Positions 1 to 9,726 of a stretch of DNA of 64,000 nucleotides are shown here, one piece after another. How positions within the stretch are numbered: position 1 is the stretch's first letter; each line of letters opens with the position of its first letter. A program made the position numbers and the translations under genes. The notes beneath the pieces are model-generated. The model made no database searches and was not told where the DNA came from. It saw nothing but the letters and a program-made list of their open reading frames with translations. Source of the DNA: an uncultured bacterium (GTDB lineage Bacteria > Bacillota > Clostridia > Oscillospirales > Acutalibacteraceae); contig CASDTH010000045.1 in the NCBI GenBank assembly GCA_949283655.1, positions 12,228-76,227 of the forward strand, given 5' to 3'.

Positions 1-147
1 TATCTGAGCAAGGGCGAAATAGAGATCCTCAAAGGGGCGGCCGAGCTGAAAAGAGAGAGACTGTGTTTTGCGAACGGCGGTGGTGTTGAGCTCGAGGTCA
101 AGCTCCCTCCCATGGGGCTCGCGCTCATAACAGTTTATTTTGCATAA
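1..147 (+). CDS. 3' end of an upstream gene (last 48 codons, product not identifiable)
   Basis: Frame 1 is open from the window edge (..GGVELEVKLPPMGLALITVYFA) to TAA at 145-147, just before the G-rich RBS of the next gene. Confidence 0.4.
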   Translation, partial: YLSKGEIEILKGAAELKRERLCFANGGGVELEVKLPPMGLALITVYFA

Positions 148-156
148 GGGGGGAGC

Positions 157-2010
157 ATGGTGAACGAGCCTTTTGTTTTTCCGGCACCTGAAAAAACGGA
201 GCTGCTAAACGGCGAATATTTCTTTTGCGGGCGCCTTGCCGTCAGCCTTCCGGATGAAATGAAAAACGTGTTCGGCACCGCTGTTTCTCTCTTCCCCGAT
301 CTGGATATCGTCTGTGAAAGCGACGGGGATATCATGATGAAAAAAGCCGACGGACTCCCCGATGCAAGCTATCGCATTGCAGTCAGTTCAAACGGCATCG
401 AATTGGAATACGGCGATAAGGCCGGAGCGTTCTATGCTCTTATCACTCTCTGCCAGCTTCTGAGCCGAGGCGCATCGGTTCGATGCTGCTGCATTGAGGA
501 TTCGCCGGGGCTGAAGATCCGCGGAGTCATGATGGATATAAGCCGAGGCAAAGTGCCGAAGCTCAAGACGCTTAAGCGCATCGCCGACAGGCTGGCAATG
601 TTCAAAATGAATCATTTTGAATTGTATATCGAGGGACTCTCTTTCGCATATCCGTCTTATTGCGATCTTTGGAAAAACGAAGCCCCCCTAACGCCCGAGG
701 AATTTAGCGAGCTGAATGCATACTGCGGCGAACGTTTCATCGACCTTGTTCCCTGCCAGAACGGGCTCGGACACATGGGGCGATGGCTTTCTTTCGATCC
801 ATTCAAAGGCTTTGCCGAGTGCCCGAACGGCTTTAGCGTCGCGGGGTTAACGTTCCCGCCGACAACGCTCGATGCATCTGATGCGCGCGGCTTCGAGTTC
901 GTGAAAGGTTTGTGGGAAGAGCTTCTTCCCTGCTTCGACAGCTCGTTTGCGAACGCTTGCCTTGACGAGCCGTTTGAATTGTGTGTTGGCAAAAACAAGG
1001 GTGCGGATAAATACAAGCTTTATACCAATTATGCTAACCGCATGAAGGATTATCTCAAAGCCCGAGGCAAAAGAATGATGATGTGGGGCGACGTCACAGC
1101 AAAGGAAGACGGCGCTTTGGACGACCTCGACGAGGACATAGTTCTTCTTGACTGGGGATATGAAAAAGAGCATCCCTATGACAAGCGTGCTCAGCGCATT
1201 GCTGCTTCTGCACATGATTTCTGCCTTTGCCCCGGCACGAACAGCTGGCTGTCGTTCACCGGCATGACGGACAATATGCTATCCTGCATAAGATCGTCGG
1301 CAGACGCGGCATATAAATATTCGGCGCTTGGGATCATTGTAACCGATTGGGGAGATAAAGGTCATTTGCAGTATCTGCCCGTATCGTGGCCGGGAATTCT
1401 GACTGCGGCGGCATATGCATGGAATAGCAGAGGAACGGACAGAAATGAGCTTGCCCGCGCTCTCGATGCGTTCGTCTTTCAGGATGAGGCCGGTGTTATG
1501 GGAACAGCGGCGCTTGACGCAGGAAATTATTATAAGCTTGAGGAATTCCTGCTTCCCTGCCGCACTCTTGCGTCGACTGTTTTGGACAGCGGCTTGGTAA
1601 CGCGCGAGGAATACGAAAGATCGCTTGCCTTTGCCGCAAAGAGCATTACTTTCTTCACGAAGGAGGATTTCGCCCGGCATTATCTGGAAAGCTACGAGAA
1701 CAGGAAAGAGCCGAGCGGCGCGGCAATACTTCGTGCTCTCGATGAGATTTCTGACCGCCTGTCTTCGGCAAAGCCGGGAAACAAAGACGCTGCCATGGCT
1801 CTTGAAGAATATCAGAACGGGCTTCTCATGGCGTCTGTCTTGACTGAAATTCGTCTTTCGATGCTGACAGGGGAAGCTTTCCCTGCACTTTCGGAAAAAC
1901 TCAGCAGATGCATTTCGCAGCATTGGAGGCTGTGGAATTTTAGAAACAAGGAGTTCGGCTGTGCGCAGGGACTCGAGCCGCTTATAGAAATCCGGAAAAA
2001 ACTGCCGTGA
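157..2010 (+). CDS. Glycoside hydrolase family 20-like (beta-N-acetylhexosaminidase type) protein
   Basis: 617-aa ORF. IEDSPGLKIRGVMMDISRGKVPKLKTLKRIADRLAMFKMNHFELYIEG and a later LDEP acid pair resemble the GH20 catalytic TIM barrel. RBS GGGGGGAG lies before ATG 157. Confidence 0.65.
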   Translation: MVNEPFVFPAPEKTELLNGEYFFCGRLAVSLPDEMKNVFGTAVSLFPDLDIVCESDGDIMMKKADGLPDASYRIAVSSNGIELEYGDKAGAFYALITLCQLLSRGASVRCCCIEDSPGLKIRGVMMDISRGKVPKLKTLKRIADRLAMFKMNHFELYIEGLSFAYPSYCDLWKNEAPLTPEEFSELNAYCGERFIDLVPCQNGLGHMGRWLSFDPFKGFAECPNGFSVAGLTFPPTTLDASDARGFEFVKGLWEELLPCFDSSFANACLDEPFELCVGKNKGADKYKLYTNYANRMKDYLKARGKRMMMWGDVTAKEDGALDDLDEDIVLLDWGYEKEHPYDKRAQRIAASAHDFCLCPGTNSWLSFTGMTDNMLSCIRSSADAAYKYSALGIIVTDWGDKGHLQYLPVSWPGILTAAAYAWNSRGTDRNELARALDAFVFQDEAGVMGTAALDAGNYYKLEEFLLPCRTLASTVLDSGLVTREEYERSLAFAAKSITFFTKEDFARHYLESYENRKEPSGAAILRALDEISDRLSSAKPGNKDAAMALEEYQNGLLMASVLTEIRLSMLTGEAFPALSEKLSRCISQHWRLWNFRNKEFGCAQGLEPLIEIRKKLP

Positions 2011-2110
2011 TAAGCTTTGTTCTTCTTCGCGGCGTCCGAAATCCACCATTTTGCGCCCGCGCGGCTGCAGCGGAACGCGCAATGAATCATGATTTGCAGC
2101 CGGAAAGGCT

Positions 2111-3508
2111 ATGTGCATTAAAATGAAAGACAAGATTTTAAAACAGCCGAATCAGACAAAATTAAGCGAGCGTATAGCATACGGGATATTTTTCCTCGGA
2201 CAGGGTTTTATCTACAGTATGATCTCGCGCTATCTGATGATCTATCTTACCGATTATGTCCATATGTCAATAGCCATTGTAACGGTGCTTCTTACCGCGA
2301 GCAAGGTTTGGGACGCCGTTAACGACACTTTGTTCGGCGTTATCGTGGATAAGGCGAGGTTTAAAAGCGGAAACAGGTTCAAGCCGTGGCTCAATATTAC
2401 GACGCTTATTCTACCCGTTGGAACGATCCTGCTTTTCTCCATTCCGGGGGAGGCGTCTCAGGCGCTCAAAGCGACATGGGCTGTCGCAGCATATCTGATC
2501 TGGGATCTTTTATATACGATGTGCGATGTGCCGATCTTCTCTATCGTCACGACGATGACAAACAATATCAAGGAACGCGGCACCATCTATACGATAGCCG
2601 GCATCGGCGGCGCGCTAGCAACGGCGCTGACCTCGCTGTTCCTCGTCAAGATATTTAATCGTTTCGGCTTTCTTTATACGGCGATTTCCGTCAGCGTTGT
2701 CGCCCTGCTCTTCATGAGGCCTATCGTCCATCTTGCAAAAGAACGCCACAAACCGTCTGTCGCTGAGGAAGAACATTCTTCCCTCAAGGATATGTGGATA
2801 TATTTGAAGGGCAATAAGTATCTGCGCTATTTTATAATCTATCGCCTTATCTCGGGCAGCATGTTCATCTCCGTGCTTACCTATTTCACGAAGCATTGCC
2901 TCAACGATATCGAGTTTGAATCAACGATCATGCTTATCGCCATCCCGTTTTCCGCCGTGCTTTATTTGATAGCGCCTATTCTTATGAAACGCTTTAACAA
3001 GATCAGCATTTACAGAACATGTATGATACTTGTTATCGTTTCATATATTACGCTGTATTTCGTCGGGTATGCAAACAAATGGCTCATGGCAGCGCTTCTC
3101 GTCTGCGCGCTCGACGCGGCGATCATCCCGAGCATATTGATGAGCGCGATTCCTGCCGACTGCGTTGAATACGGCTGCTATAAAACAGGTATCCGTAAAG
3201 AGGGCATCACCTTCGCAATGCAGACGTTTACAAACAAATTCTGTGGTTCTGTTGCTACGGCTATGGCGGGGCTGCTGCTGATTCTCATCGGATACGACAG
3301 CGAATCGGGCGCGATGATGAATGCCGCGCAGCAGTCGGGGCTTTTCGCAGGCATGTGCTGGTTCCCGGTTATCGGACAGCTCCTCGGTCTGCCGTTCCTG
3401 TTTAAGTATAAGCTGCGTGACAAGGATGCTCAGATCATGGCAGATGTGAACGAGGGCAAAACGTCACGTGAAGAGGCTGAAAAGATCTTCAATGGCAGAT
3501 ATTCGTAA
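2111..3508 (+). CDS. Glycoside-pentoside-hexuronide (GPH)/MFS sugar:cation symporter
   Basis: 465-aa polytopic membrane ORF with the GPH-type WDAVNDTLFGVIVDK motif. ATG 2123 (MKDKIL) is an alternative start. Confidence 0.8.
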   Translation: MCIKMKDKILKQPNQTKLSERIAYGIFFLGQGFIYSMISRYLMIYLTDYVHMSIAIVTVLLTASKVWDAVNDTLFGVIVDKARFKSGNRFKPWLNITTLILPVGTILLFSIPGEASQALKATWAVAAYLIWDLLYTMCDVPIFSIVTTMTNNIKERGTIYTIAGIGGALATALTSLFLVKIFNRFGFLYTAISVSVVALLFMRPIVHLAKERHKPSVAEEEHSSLKDMWIYLKGNKYLRYFIIYRLISGSMFISVLTYFTKHCLNDIEFESTIMLIAIPFSAVLYLIAPILMKRFNKISIYRTCMILVIVSYITLYFVGYANKWLMAALLVCALDAAIIPSILMSAIPADCVEYGCYKTGIRKEGITFAMQTFTNKFCGSVATAMAGLLLILIGYDSESGAMMNAAQQSGLFAGMCWFPVIGQLLGLPFLFKYKLRDKDAQIMADVNEGKTSREEAEKIFNGRYS

Positions 3509-3571
3509 CATCTCAGCAATCCATAGCTTTTTATTGTTTGTTAAAATTCTTTTTAAGAGAGGAATCTTGAC

Positions 3572-4567
3572 ATGCAGACAATTTTAATCATATTACTGTT
3601 GATTTTGCTCGTTATCGTCCTGATAGCTGTGGCGTTTATGATTTATTTTATATCTTCGCCTATGCCTGTGGTCAAACGTCTTCGCAAGGGCATGGATGGG
3701 CCGATCAAATATCCCGTAGGCGGCGAACGCCTAAAAGAGGAATTGGACATCGAAAAAGACTTAGTTTATCCGTCGGCTTACGGAAAGAACAGGTTTGATC
3801 TATATCTTCCTAAAAGAAACGACCGCTTTCCGCTTGTCCTTTGGGTCCACGGCGGCGCTTTTGTCGCAGGAGATAAAGGCGGGATAGAAAGCTGGGGCGT
3901 AACGCTCGCCGAAAGGGGCTATGCCGTAGCAGTCATGAATTACGAATGGGCGCCGGAGTCAGCTTATCCGGCACAGATCATACAGATCACCGAAGCGCTG
4001 CGCGAAATCGGAAAAATCGCTCAGAAAATCGGAAAGATCGATATGTCTCGCGTCGCGATAGCCGGAGATTCAGCGGGAGCGCACATGGCGGCGCAGTTTG
4101 CTTTGCTTCACACGAACCCCAGTTTCTCGAAGCGACTTGGTGTTTCCTCTCCGCTTGAAAAAGACGCCCTCAAATGCGCGCTGCTTTATTGCGGGCCGTA
4201 CAATTTACAGAGGATATTTTCTGTTGAAAATAAAACGCTGAGACTGTTCATCAGCAGAATAGGATGGAGCTATCTTGGGCGAAAAAATTGGCGCAAATCT
4301 GAACTGCTTGATACGCTTACGGTTTCGGATTTCGTGACGAAAGATTTCGTCCCTTCATATATAACAGATGGAAATAAATTTTCTTTTGAATCTCACGCAA
4401 TGGAGCTCGGAGAAAAACTGCGCTCTCTCGGCGTAACGGTCTCGGAGCGATATTTTGATAAAGAAAAATTCGGCGACGTTAATCATGATTATCAAATGGA
4501 TCTGACTCAGAAGAACGCGCTGGACTGTTTTGAGGACACGATCAAATTTTTATCCGGTAATATGTGA
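3572..4567 (+). CDS. Alpha/beta hydrolase (esterase/lipase, HSL-like) with N-terminal membrane anchor
   Basis: 331 aa. Oxyanion HGGAF and nucleophile elbow GDSAGAH motifs, plus a hydrophobic N-terminus ILIILLLILLVIVLIAVAF. Confidence 0.8.
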   Translation: MQTILIILLLILLVIVLIAVAFMIYFISSPMPVVKRLRKGMDGPIKYPVGGERLKEELDIEKDLVYPSAYGKNRFDLYLPKRNDRFPLVLWVHGGAFVAGDKGGIESWGVTLAERGYAVAVMNYEWAPESAYPAQIIQITEALREIGKIAQKIGKIDMSRVAIAGDSAGAHMAAQFALLHTNPSFSKRLGVSSPLEKDALKCALLYCGPYNLQRIFSVENKTLRLFISRIGWSYLGRKNWRKSELLDTLTVSDFVTKDFVPSYITDGNKFSFESHAMELGEKLRSLGVTVSERYFDKEKFGDVNHDYQMDLTQKNALDCFEDTIKFLSGNM

Positions 4568-4576
4568 GGCATTTAA

Positions 4577-5362
4577 ATGGGCTATGAAATCAAGGAACTG
4601 TCCGACGGGTTTTGGAAGATCAGGGATAGCAGAGGCGACACGGCATATCTAATTGAAGGGGAAAGACAGGCGCTGCTCGTTGATACCGCAATGGATAACG
4701 AGCCTATTAGGCCACTCGTCAGCGGGCTTACCGATAAGCCTGTTGTTTTGGCTCTTACGCATGCTCATATTGATCATATGTATCGATGCGATGAGTTTGA
4801 TCAGGTGTATATTCATGAAATGGATATCACAGATTGGAAAAACGGGCTCGGCAGGGTTATGCGGCTTTCCTATCCTCTTTTTAAAGTAAAACGTAAAAGG
4901 TTCAATGCAGATAACTTCGTGCCGCTTCACGATGATTCCGAAATCGATCTGGGCGGGTTTTCTGTTAAATGCCTGCGCGTTTCGGGGCATACACGTGGAT
5001 CGGTTCTGTTTATTGACAGCCGTCATAGGGTTGTTTTATGCGGAGATGCCGCGGGACTTGCAATGTGGCTTTTTCTGCCGTATTGTACGGACGTGAGTAC
5101 TTATAAACAAAATCTTGAAAAAGCGGAAAAAGAGCTCTTGCCATATGAGAACTATTCTTTTTACCGAGGCCACAGCGAACCTACGGGAGCGCCTCCCGAA
5201 CCGCTGAGCAGACAGACCTTTACAGATATGCATGTTCTCTGCGAAAAATTGCTCGCCGGCACAGCTGACCTCCAAAAAATCGATCAGCTCAGATGGCTGC
5301 CTCTTTTCTATGCGAAAAATGCATCGGCAGGCATGGTGGTTCGGAAAGGGAAAATCAAATAA
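4577..5362 (+). CDS. MBL-fold metallo-hydrolase
   Basis: 261 aa with the THAHIDHM (HxHxDH) motif, 9 nt after the preceding stop. Confidence 0.8.
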   Translation: MGYEIKELSDGFWKIRDSRGDTAYLIEGERQALLVDTAMDNEPIRPLVSGLTDKPVVLALTHAHIDHMYRCDEFDQVYIHEMDITDWKNGLGRVMRLSYPLFKVKRKRFNADNFVPLHDDSEIDLGGFSVKCLRVSGHTRGSVLFIDSRHRVVLCGDAAGLAMWLFLPYCTDVSTYKQNLEKAEKELLPYENYSFYRGHSEPTGAPPEPLSRQTFTDMHVLCEKLLAGTADLQKIDQLRWLPLFYAKNASAGMVVRKGKIK

Positions 5363-5497
5363 TAGGGCTGCCCTGCCGATTGTCTTGTTCCTAATTTTTG
5401 GCGTTGTATTTGACGCAAGATTTTATATTACGCCTTGCGTGGCTGGGCAGGGAACGTGATTTTTAATGATTTGCAGCCGGAAAGGATTTATGATACT

Positions 5498-6238
5498 ATG
5501 ACAAAAGGTCAAAAATGGAAATACGGGCTTATCGGCGCGGCTCTGCCGACGGTTATCGTTATCCTTTTGGTGAGCGTTACCGCCGTCGTTATCAATTTCG
5601 TTTCGGAAATGGGGCCGAACGATATCTCCCGCAAGACAGCGCACTATGCGCAGCTCGCCGAATATGCTCCCGAGAATGCAACGGTGTTCTTCGGCGATTC
5701 GATAACGGAGTTGTGCAATGTTGAGGATATTTATGCTGAATACAGCGAAAGATCCGGCTCTCCCGTTATTAACCGCGGGATTAGTGCGGAAACGACCGAT
5801 CATATGTTGAAGCGTGTCGAGGACAGCGTTATTGCTCTCAAGCCGCGCAATGCCGTTATGCTCATGGGCGTCAATGACCTGAGCGCAGGCGTTTCGCAGG
5901 AGCAGATCACCGATAACATTCGCTTGATGATACAGCTTATCAAAGAGAAATCTCCAGAAACTAACATTGTTCTTCAGGCAGTCTATCCGACGGGCGGCGA
6001 GCGCGAATCGCTGTATGAAAATTATCAGCTCAGCGGACGCGACAGCGCGACCGTTAAAGCTCTCAACGAAAAGCTGGCTGCAATGGCGGCTGAGGAAAAC
6101 GTCCGATTCCTTGATGTAACGGCTCTCCTCGCCGACGAGAACGGAAATCTGAGAAACGACTATACTTATGACGGCCTGCACCCCAATGTGTCGGGTTACC
6201 TCGCAGTTCGCGACGCGATCATTGCCGAATTGGTTTGA
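5498..6238 (+). CDS. SGNH/GDSL family hydrolase with N-terminal TM anchor
   Basis: The ORF track starts at 5435, but ATG 5498 (MTKGQKW) follows the GGAAAGG RBS. FFGDSITE block I and DGLHPN block V motifs are present. Confidence 0.8.
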   Translation: MTKGQKWKYGLIGAALPTVIVILLVSVTAVVINFVSEMGPNDISRKTAHYAQLAEYAPENATVFFGDSITELCNVEDIYAEYSERSGSPVINRGISAETTDHMLKRVEDSVIALKPRNAVMLMGVNDLSAGVSQEQITDNIRLMIQLIKEKSPETNIVLQAVYPTGGERESLYENYQLSGRDSATVKALNEKLAAMAAEENVRFLDVTALLADENGNLRNDYTYDGLHPNVSGYLAVRDAIIAELV

Positions 6239-6518
6239 TAAATCATTGTATAAAACATGAAACCGCCCCGGTGGAAGTGACCCCGCAAATTAGACAAATG
6301 AATATTAAGCAATAATAGAATCTGTTCGGTATTGTACTGCGCTCATTTTCAGGTTGGAATCGCAAAGCAACATATTCGGGGGAAAGAAACGGCAACAGAA
6401 AAGCGGATAGCGTATACTTTACCGATAATACAAAGAATGTAGATACTCTCTGCTAAATTCCATAAACAAACGCGTTTAGGATTGATTTGTAGGGAGCGAG
6501 TGAGAATAAGACATTTCA

Positions 6519-6555
6519 CCCGCAAGTCCTTTTGCACGGGGACTTGCGGGTTTTC
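6519..6555 (+). terminator. Orphan rho-independent terminator-like hairpin
   Basis: CCCGCAAGTCC (6519-6529) pairs with GGACTTGCGGG (6540-6550), followed by TTTTC. No intact plus-strand gene lies directly upstream. Confidence 0.55.
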
Positions 6556-6769
6556 TTATGTATCTATGACGAACGGGCAAGCGGGCCTTTGGCCCGGAGC
6601 AGATGAAAGCGGCTGTGGAGGCCGCTAAACAGCGGGAACAGGCGAAGAAAGGCCGTAAGCGGCCACGGCCCTCCTTTGATCAGGGCGGTAGAATGTAGAT
6701 TTATATACATATCTGTGCTATACTGCTTCTTAATAACGGCATGGTAAATGAGATTTTGGAGGCGATGAA

Positions 6770-7393
6770 ATGGAATTTAAGAAAATCGATAAAGAAAATT
6801 GGGGGCGAAAGGAATACTTTGAACACTATTTTTCAGATGCTCCCTGCACATATAGCATAACTGTCAAATTAGATATTACTCGAATAAAAGAGAAAAAACA
6901 AAAATTGTATCCTACCATGCTTTATTATCTTGCAACTGTTGTAAACCGCCATGCTGAATTTAGAACGGTAATCAATGAAGATGGTGAGTTGGGGATATAT
7001 AGTGAAATGATACCATGCTATACTGTATTCCACAAAGATACAGAAACATTCTCTAACCTATGGACAGAATACAAGCCCAATTTGGATGATTTTTGTGCTG
7101 CATACGAAGAAGATATGCTTAAATATGGAAAGCAACCAGGGATAACAGGAAAACCCAACATCCCATCAAATAGTTTTACAGTGTCTATGTTGCCGTGGGC
7201 AACATTTGAAGGCTTTAACTTAAATTTACAAAAGGGATATAAGTATTTAACGCCTATTTTTACAATAGGAAAATATTATCAAGAAAATGAACGAATTATA
7301 ATACCGCTAGCCATTCAAGTCCACCATGCTGTATGTGACGGATTTCATGTATGCCGTTTTATAAGTGAATTACAAGAACGAATCTATAACTAA
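6770..7393 (+). CDS. cat: Type A chloramphenicol O-acetyltransferase
   Basis: 207 aa. MEFKKIDKENWGRKEYFEHYF.. N-terminus and the catalytic HHAVCDGFH motif, close in pattern to the clostridial catP/catQ type. GGAGG lies 7 nt before the ATG, and TGCTATACT is an extended -10 at 6716-6724. Confidence 0.95.
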   Translation: MEFKKIDKENWGRKEYFEHYFSDAPCTYSITVKLDITRIKEKKQKLYPTMLYYLATVVNRHAEFRTVINEDGELGIYSEMIPCYTVFHKDTETFSNLWTEYKPNLDDFCAAYEEDMLKYGKQPGITGKPNIPSNSFTVSMLPWATFEGFNLNLQKGYKYLTPIFTIGKYYQENERIIIPLAIQVHHAVCDGFHVCRFISELQERIYN

Positions 7394-7902
7394 TTTCCAT
7401 CATCGCTAAAGTAGCAATCCCAGTCGGAGCGGGCAAACCCCAGGGGTGCTTGCCCGCCTCCTTTGATTTGGGGTGGGGCTGGTGGTCGAATTGCGTCCCA
7501 TGGTGGGCTTGCCTGGGAGCATAGCCGCCCCCCAGGCGGTGGTCGAAATCCGTCTCAATTTGAGACTGATTTTGACCAAAACGCCCACATTTTGAGGGGA
7601 GCTTTTCGGGCCTGTGCGGGGCCTGAAGAGGTTGCATTTCCTCTGTTTTTATGATACTGTTTTGACACTAGGAAATATTTGAATTTTCCGAGTGGGGATC
7701 ATGTTACCGCTAAACCCGGCGTGCGAAATGCGGCCAGGTTTAGGGAGGCCGATGAGCGGGCCGGGGGCCTGCGCCCGGGCGGCTCTGCGGCGCAGGCTTG
7801 CCGGCTTTTTGGCTCAGGTGCGATCAATAATCGCCGGGCGTTGCGCCTGCAACCCTGTATGCGGATGAATCAGCAGCATAGTTGTAAAGGGGAGGCGTTG
7901 TA

Positions 7903-8421
7903 ATGAGTGCTTTTATGTTGAGGAAATGGGAAGAAGCGGATGCAAAAGAGCTTGCGGCGGTTGCGAACAATGCGCAGATCGCGGCAAACCTGAGAAACCG
8001 CTTCCCCCACCCTTATTCGCGAAAGGATGCGGAGCAATATATCAGCAGCTGCCTTGCCAGCGGAGAGCAGCGGCAGCTGGCGCGCGCGATCGTTGTGGAT
8101 GGCAAGGCCCGCGGCGGCATCACCATCGATGTGCAAAGCGATGTGTATGAAAAATCCGCTGAGCTGGGCTATTGGCTCGCCGAATCCTGCTGGGGGAGGG
8201 GGATCATGACGCAGGCCGTCCGGCAAATCTGCCGGGAGGCTTTTGCGCGATTTGAGATTGTGCGTATTTTTGCCGAGCCTTTCAGCTATAACACAGCTTC
8301 CCAAAGGGTGTTGGAAAAGGCCGGCTTTACCTATGAGGGCACGATGCGAAACGGCGTGTTTAAAAACAACACGGTCTATTCCTACTGTATGTATTCCCTG
8401 CTGCGGGAAGAGATGCAGTAG
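7903..8421 (+). CDS. GNAT family N-acetyltransferase (RimJ/RimL-like)
   Basis: 172 aa with the GYWLAESCWGRGIMTQAVRQICREAF acetyl-CoA binding region. GGGGAGG RBS. Confidence 0.85.
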   Translation: MSAFMLRKWEEADAKELAAVANNAQIAANLRNRFPHPYSRKDAEQYISSCLASGEQRQLARAIVVDGKARGGITIDVQSDVYEKSAELGYWLAESCWGRGIMTQAVRQICREAFARFEIVRIFAEPFSYNTASQRVLEKAGFTYEGTMRNGVFKNNTVYSYCMYSLLREEMQ

Positions 8422-8735
8422 AAACAGCAGCCTCGGAAAGACTTTGAAAGCCTGTATGCGTTCCATTTCTCACACCGGCGCGATGGAATATGGAACGGAA
8501 AAATAACCACGCTTCCACCAAATGGCGAAGGAAGAGATGCCTTACGCAGAAAGGAAAGAGCAGTGCCGCCTGGCAGAGGGTTTCGGGCGGGATTGTGTTT
8601 TGAACAGGATTTGTTACAGAAAGAGGGCTCAAAAGGAAGAGTTTTGCCCACAATAAGAGAAGATGCATGGCCAAGCGCCTTATCCGGCAGGATGCGATGA
8701 AGGGCGCTTTAGCGGGTGACGGCCCGGCGGCTTCC

Positions 8736-8764
8736 TTGACAGGGAGGATTGTGAGTGCTATGCT
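8736..8764 (+). promoter_or_regulatory. Sigma-A type promoter upstream of zupT
   Basis: TTGACA (8736-8741), a 17-nt spacer ending in TGC, then TATGCT (8759-8764). Confidence 0.5.
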
Positions 8765-8785
8765 ATTGGTTAGCTCAACCTAACT

Positions 8786-9607
8786 TTGCTTGAGGGGGCG
8801 GTTTCGATCGATGCGGTTTTGCGCGCATTCGCGCTGACCTTGCTGGCAGGGCTCAGCACAGGGATCGGCAGCTGCATTGCGTTTTTGGCAAAGCGGACCA
8901 ATAAAAAGTTTTTATCGGTAAGCCTGGGGTTTTCCGCAGGTGTTATGATTTATGTCTCCTTAAGGGAAATTTTATTGGAAGCACAGGAGGCCTTGGTTGC
9001 AGAAATGGGCAAAACGGCGGGCCACTGGATGACGGTGATCGCGTTTTTCGGCGGTATGTTGGCGATCGCGCTGATCGATAAGCTGCTCCCCTCTGAGAAG
9101 AATCCACATGAAGTCAAATCAGTGGAGATGGAGCGGGAGGGCGCGCCCCGGCCTGCCAAGTTGATGCGCATGGGGCTGTTTACGGCACTGGCGGTTGCCA
9201 TTCATAACTTCCCAGAAGGACTGGCAACCTTTGTTTCGGCCTTGCAGGATCCAAGCATTGCAATCCCCATTGTGGCCGCGATTGCCATTCACAATATTCC
9301 GGAGGGGATCGCCGTTTCCGTGCCGGTCTATCAGGCCACGGGCTCCAAACGCAAGGCGTTTCGCTACTCCTTTCTCTCCGGCCTGGCTGAGCCTGTGGGT
9401 GCGCTGGCCGGCTGGTTAGTGCTGATGCCGGTGATGAGCAATACGGTTTTGGGCATTATTTTTGCCGGCGTGGCGGGTATCATGGTTTTTATTTCGTTTG
9501 ATGAGCTACTGCCCGCTGCGCGGGAGTATGGCGAGCATCATCTGTCGCTCTACGGCCTGATTTCAGGGATGGCGGTTATGGCGCTCAGCCTGCTGCTTTT
9601 CTTATGA
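8786..9607 (+). CDS. zupT: ZIP family zinc transporter ZupT
   Basis: 273 aa with the paired HNFPEGLA and HNIPEGIA metal-binding helices. The start codon is uncertain (TTG 8786 in the track). Confidence 0.85.
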   Translation: MLEGAVSIDAVLRAFALTLLAGLSTGIGSCIAFLAKRTNKKFLSVSLGFSAGVMIYVSLREILLEAQEALVAEMGKTAGHWMTVIAFFGGMLAIALIDKLLPSEKNPHEVKSVEMEREGAPRPAKLMRMGLFTALAVAIHNFPEGLATFVSALQDPSIAIPIVAAIAIHNIPEGIAVSVPVYQATGSKRKAFRYSFLSGLAEPVGALAGWLVLMPVMSNTVLGIIFAGVAGIMVFISFDELLPAAREYGEHHLSLYGLISGMAVMALSLLLFL

Positions 9608-9628
9608 AAGGGAGAACGGGAAACGCAC

Positions 9629-9657
9629 TTGACCATATTTTAAAAACCGTGTATAAA
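9629..9657 (+). promoter_or_regulatory. Sigma-A type promoter upstream of ldh
   Basis: TTGACC (9629-9634), a 17-nt spacer, then TATAAA (9652-9657) preceded by TG. Confidence 0.5.
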
Positions 9658-9726
9658 TAAAGGCAGGGGCGGAAATACAAATCTTAAGACAGCGTTCCGT
9701 CCGATAGCAAAGAAAGGCATGTGATC

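Noticed and set aside
6741-6860. Possible leader-peptide attenuator for cat (ATG 6741, out of frame, overlapping the cat start), as in inducible cat genes
   Set aside because: I could not find a stem-loop sequestering the cat RBS, and the ORF runs ~40 codons into cat instead of being a short leader. cat here is more likely constitutive from its own promoter.
7478-7560. Two GGTGGTCGAA(T/A)T(G/C)CGTC repeats that looked like tRNA T-arm remnants (possible att site)
   Set aside because: The sequence does not fit the GGTTCGAATCC T-loop consensus, and no acceptor or anticodon arms can be drawn. I mention it only as an unexplained direct repeat in the cat flank.
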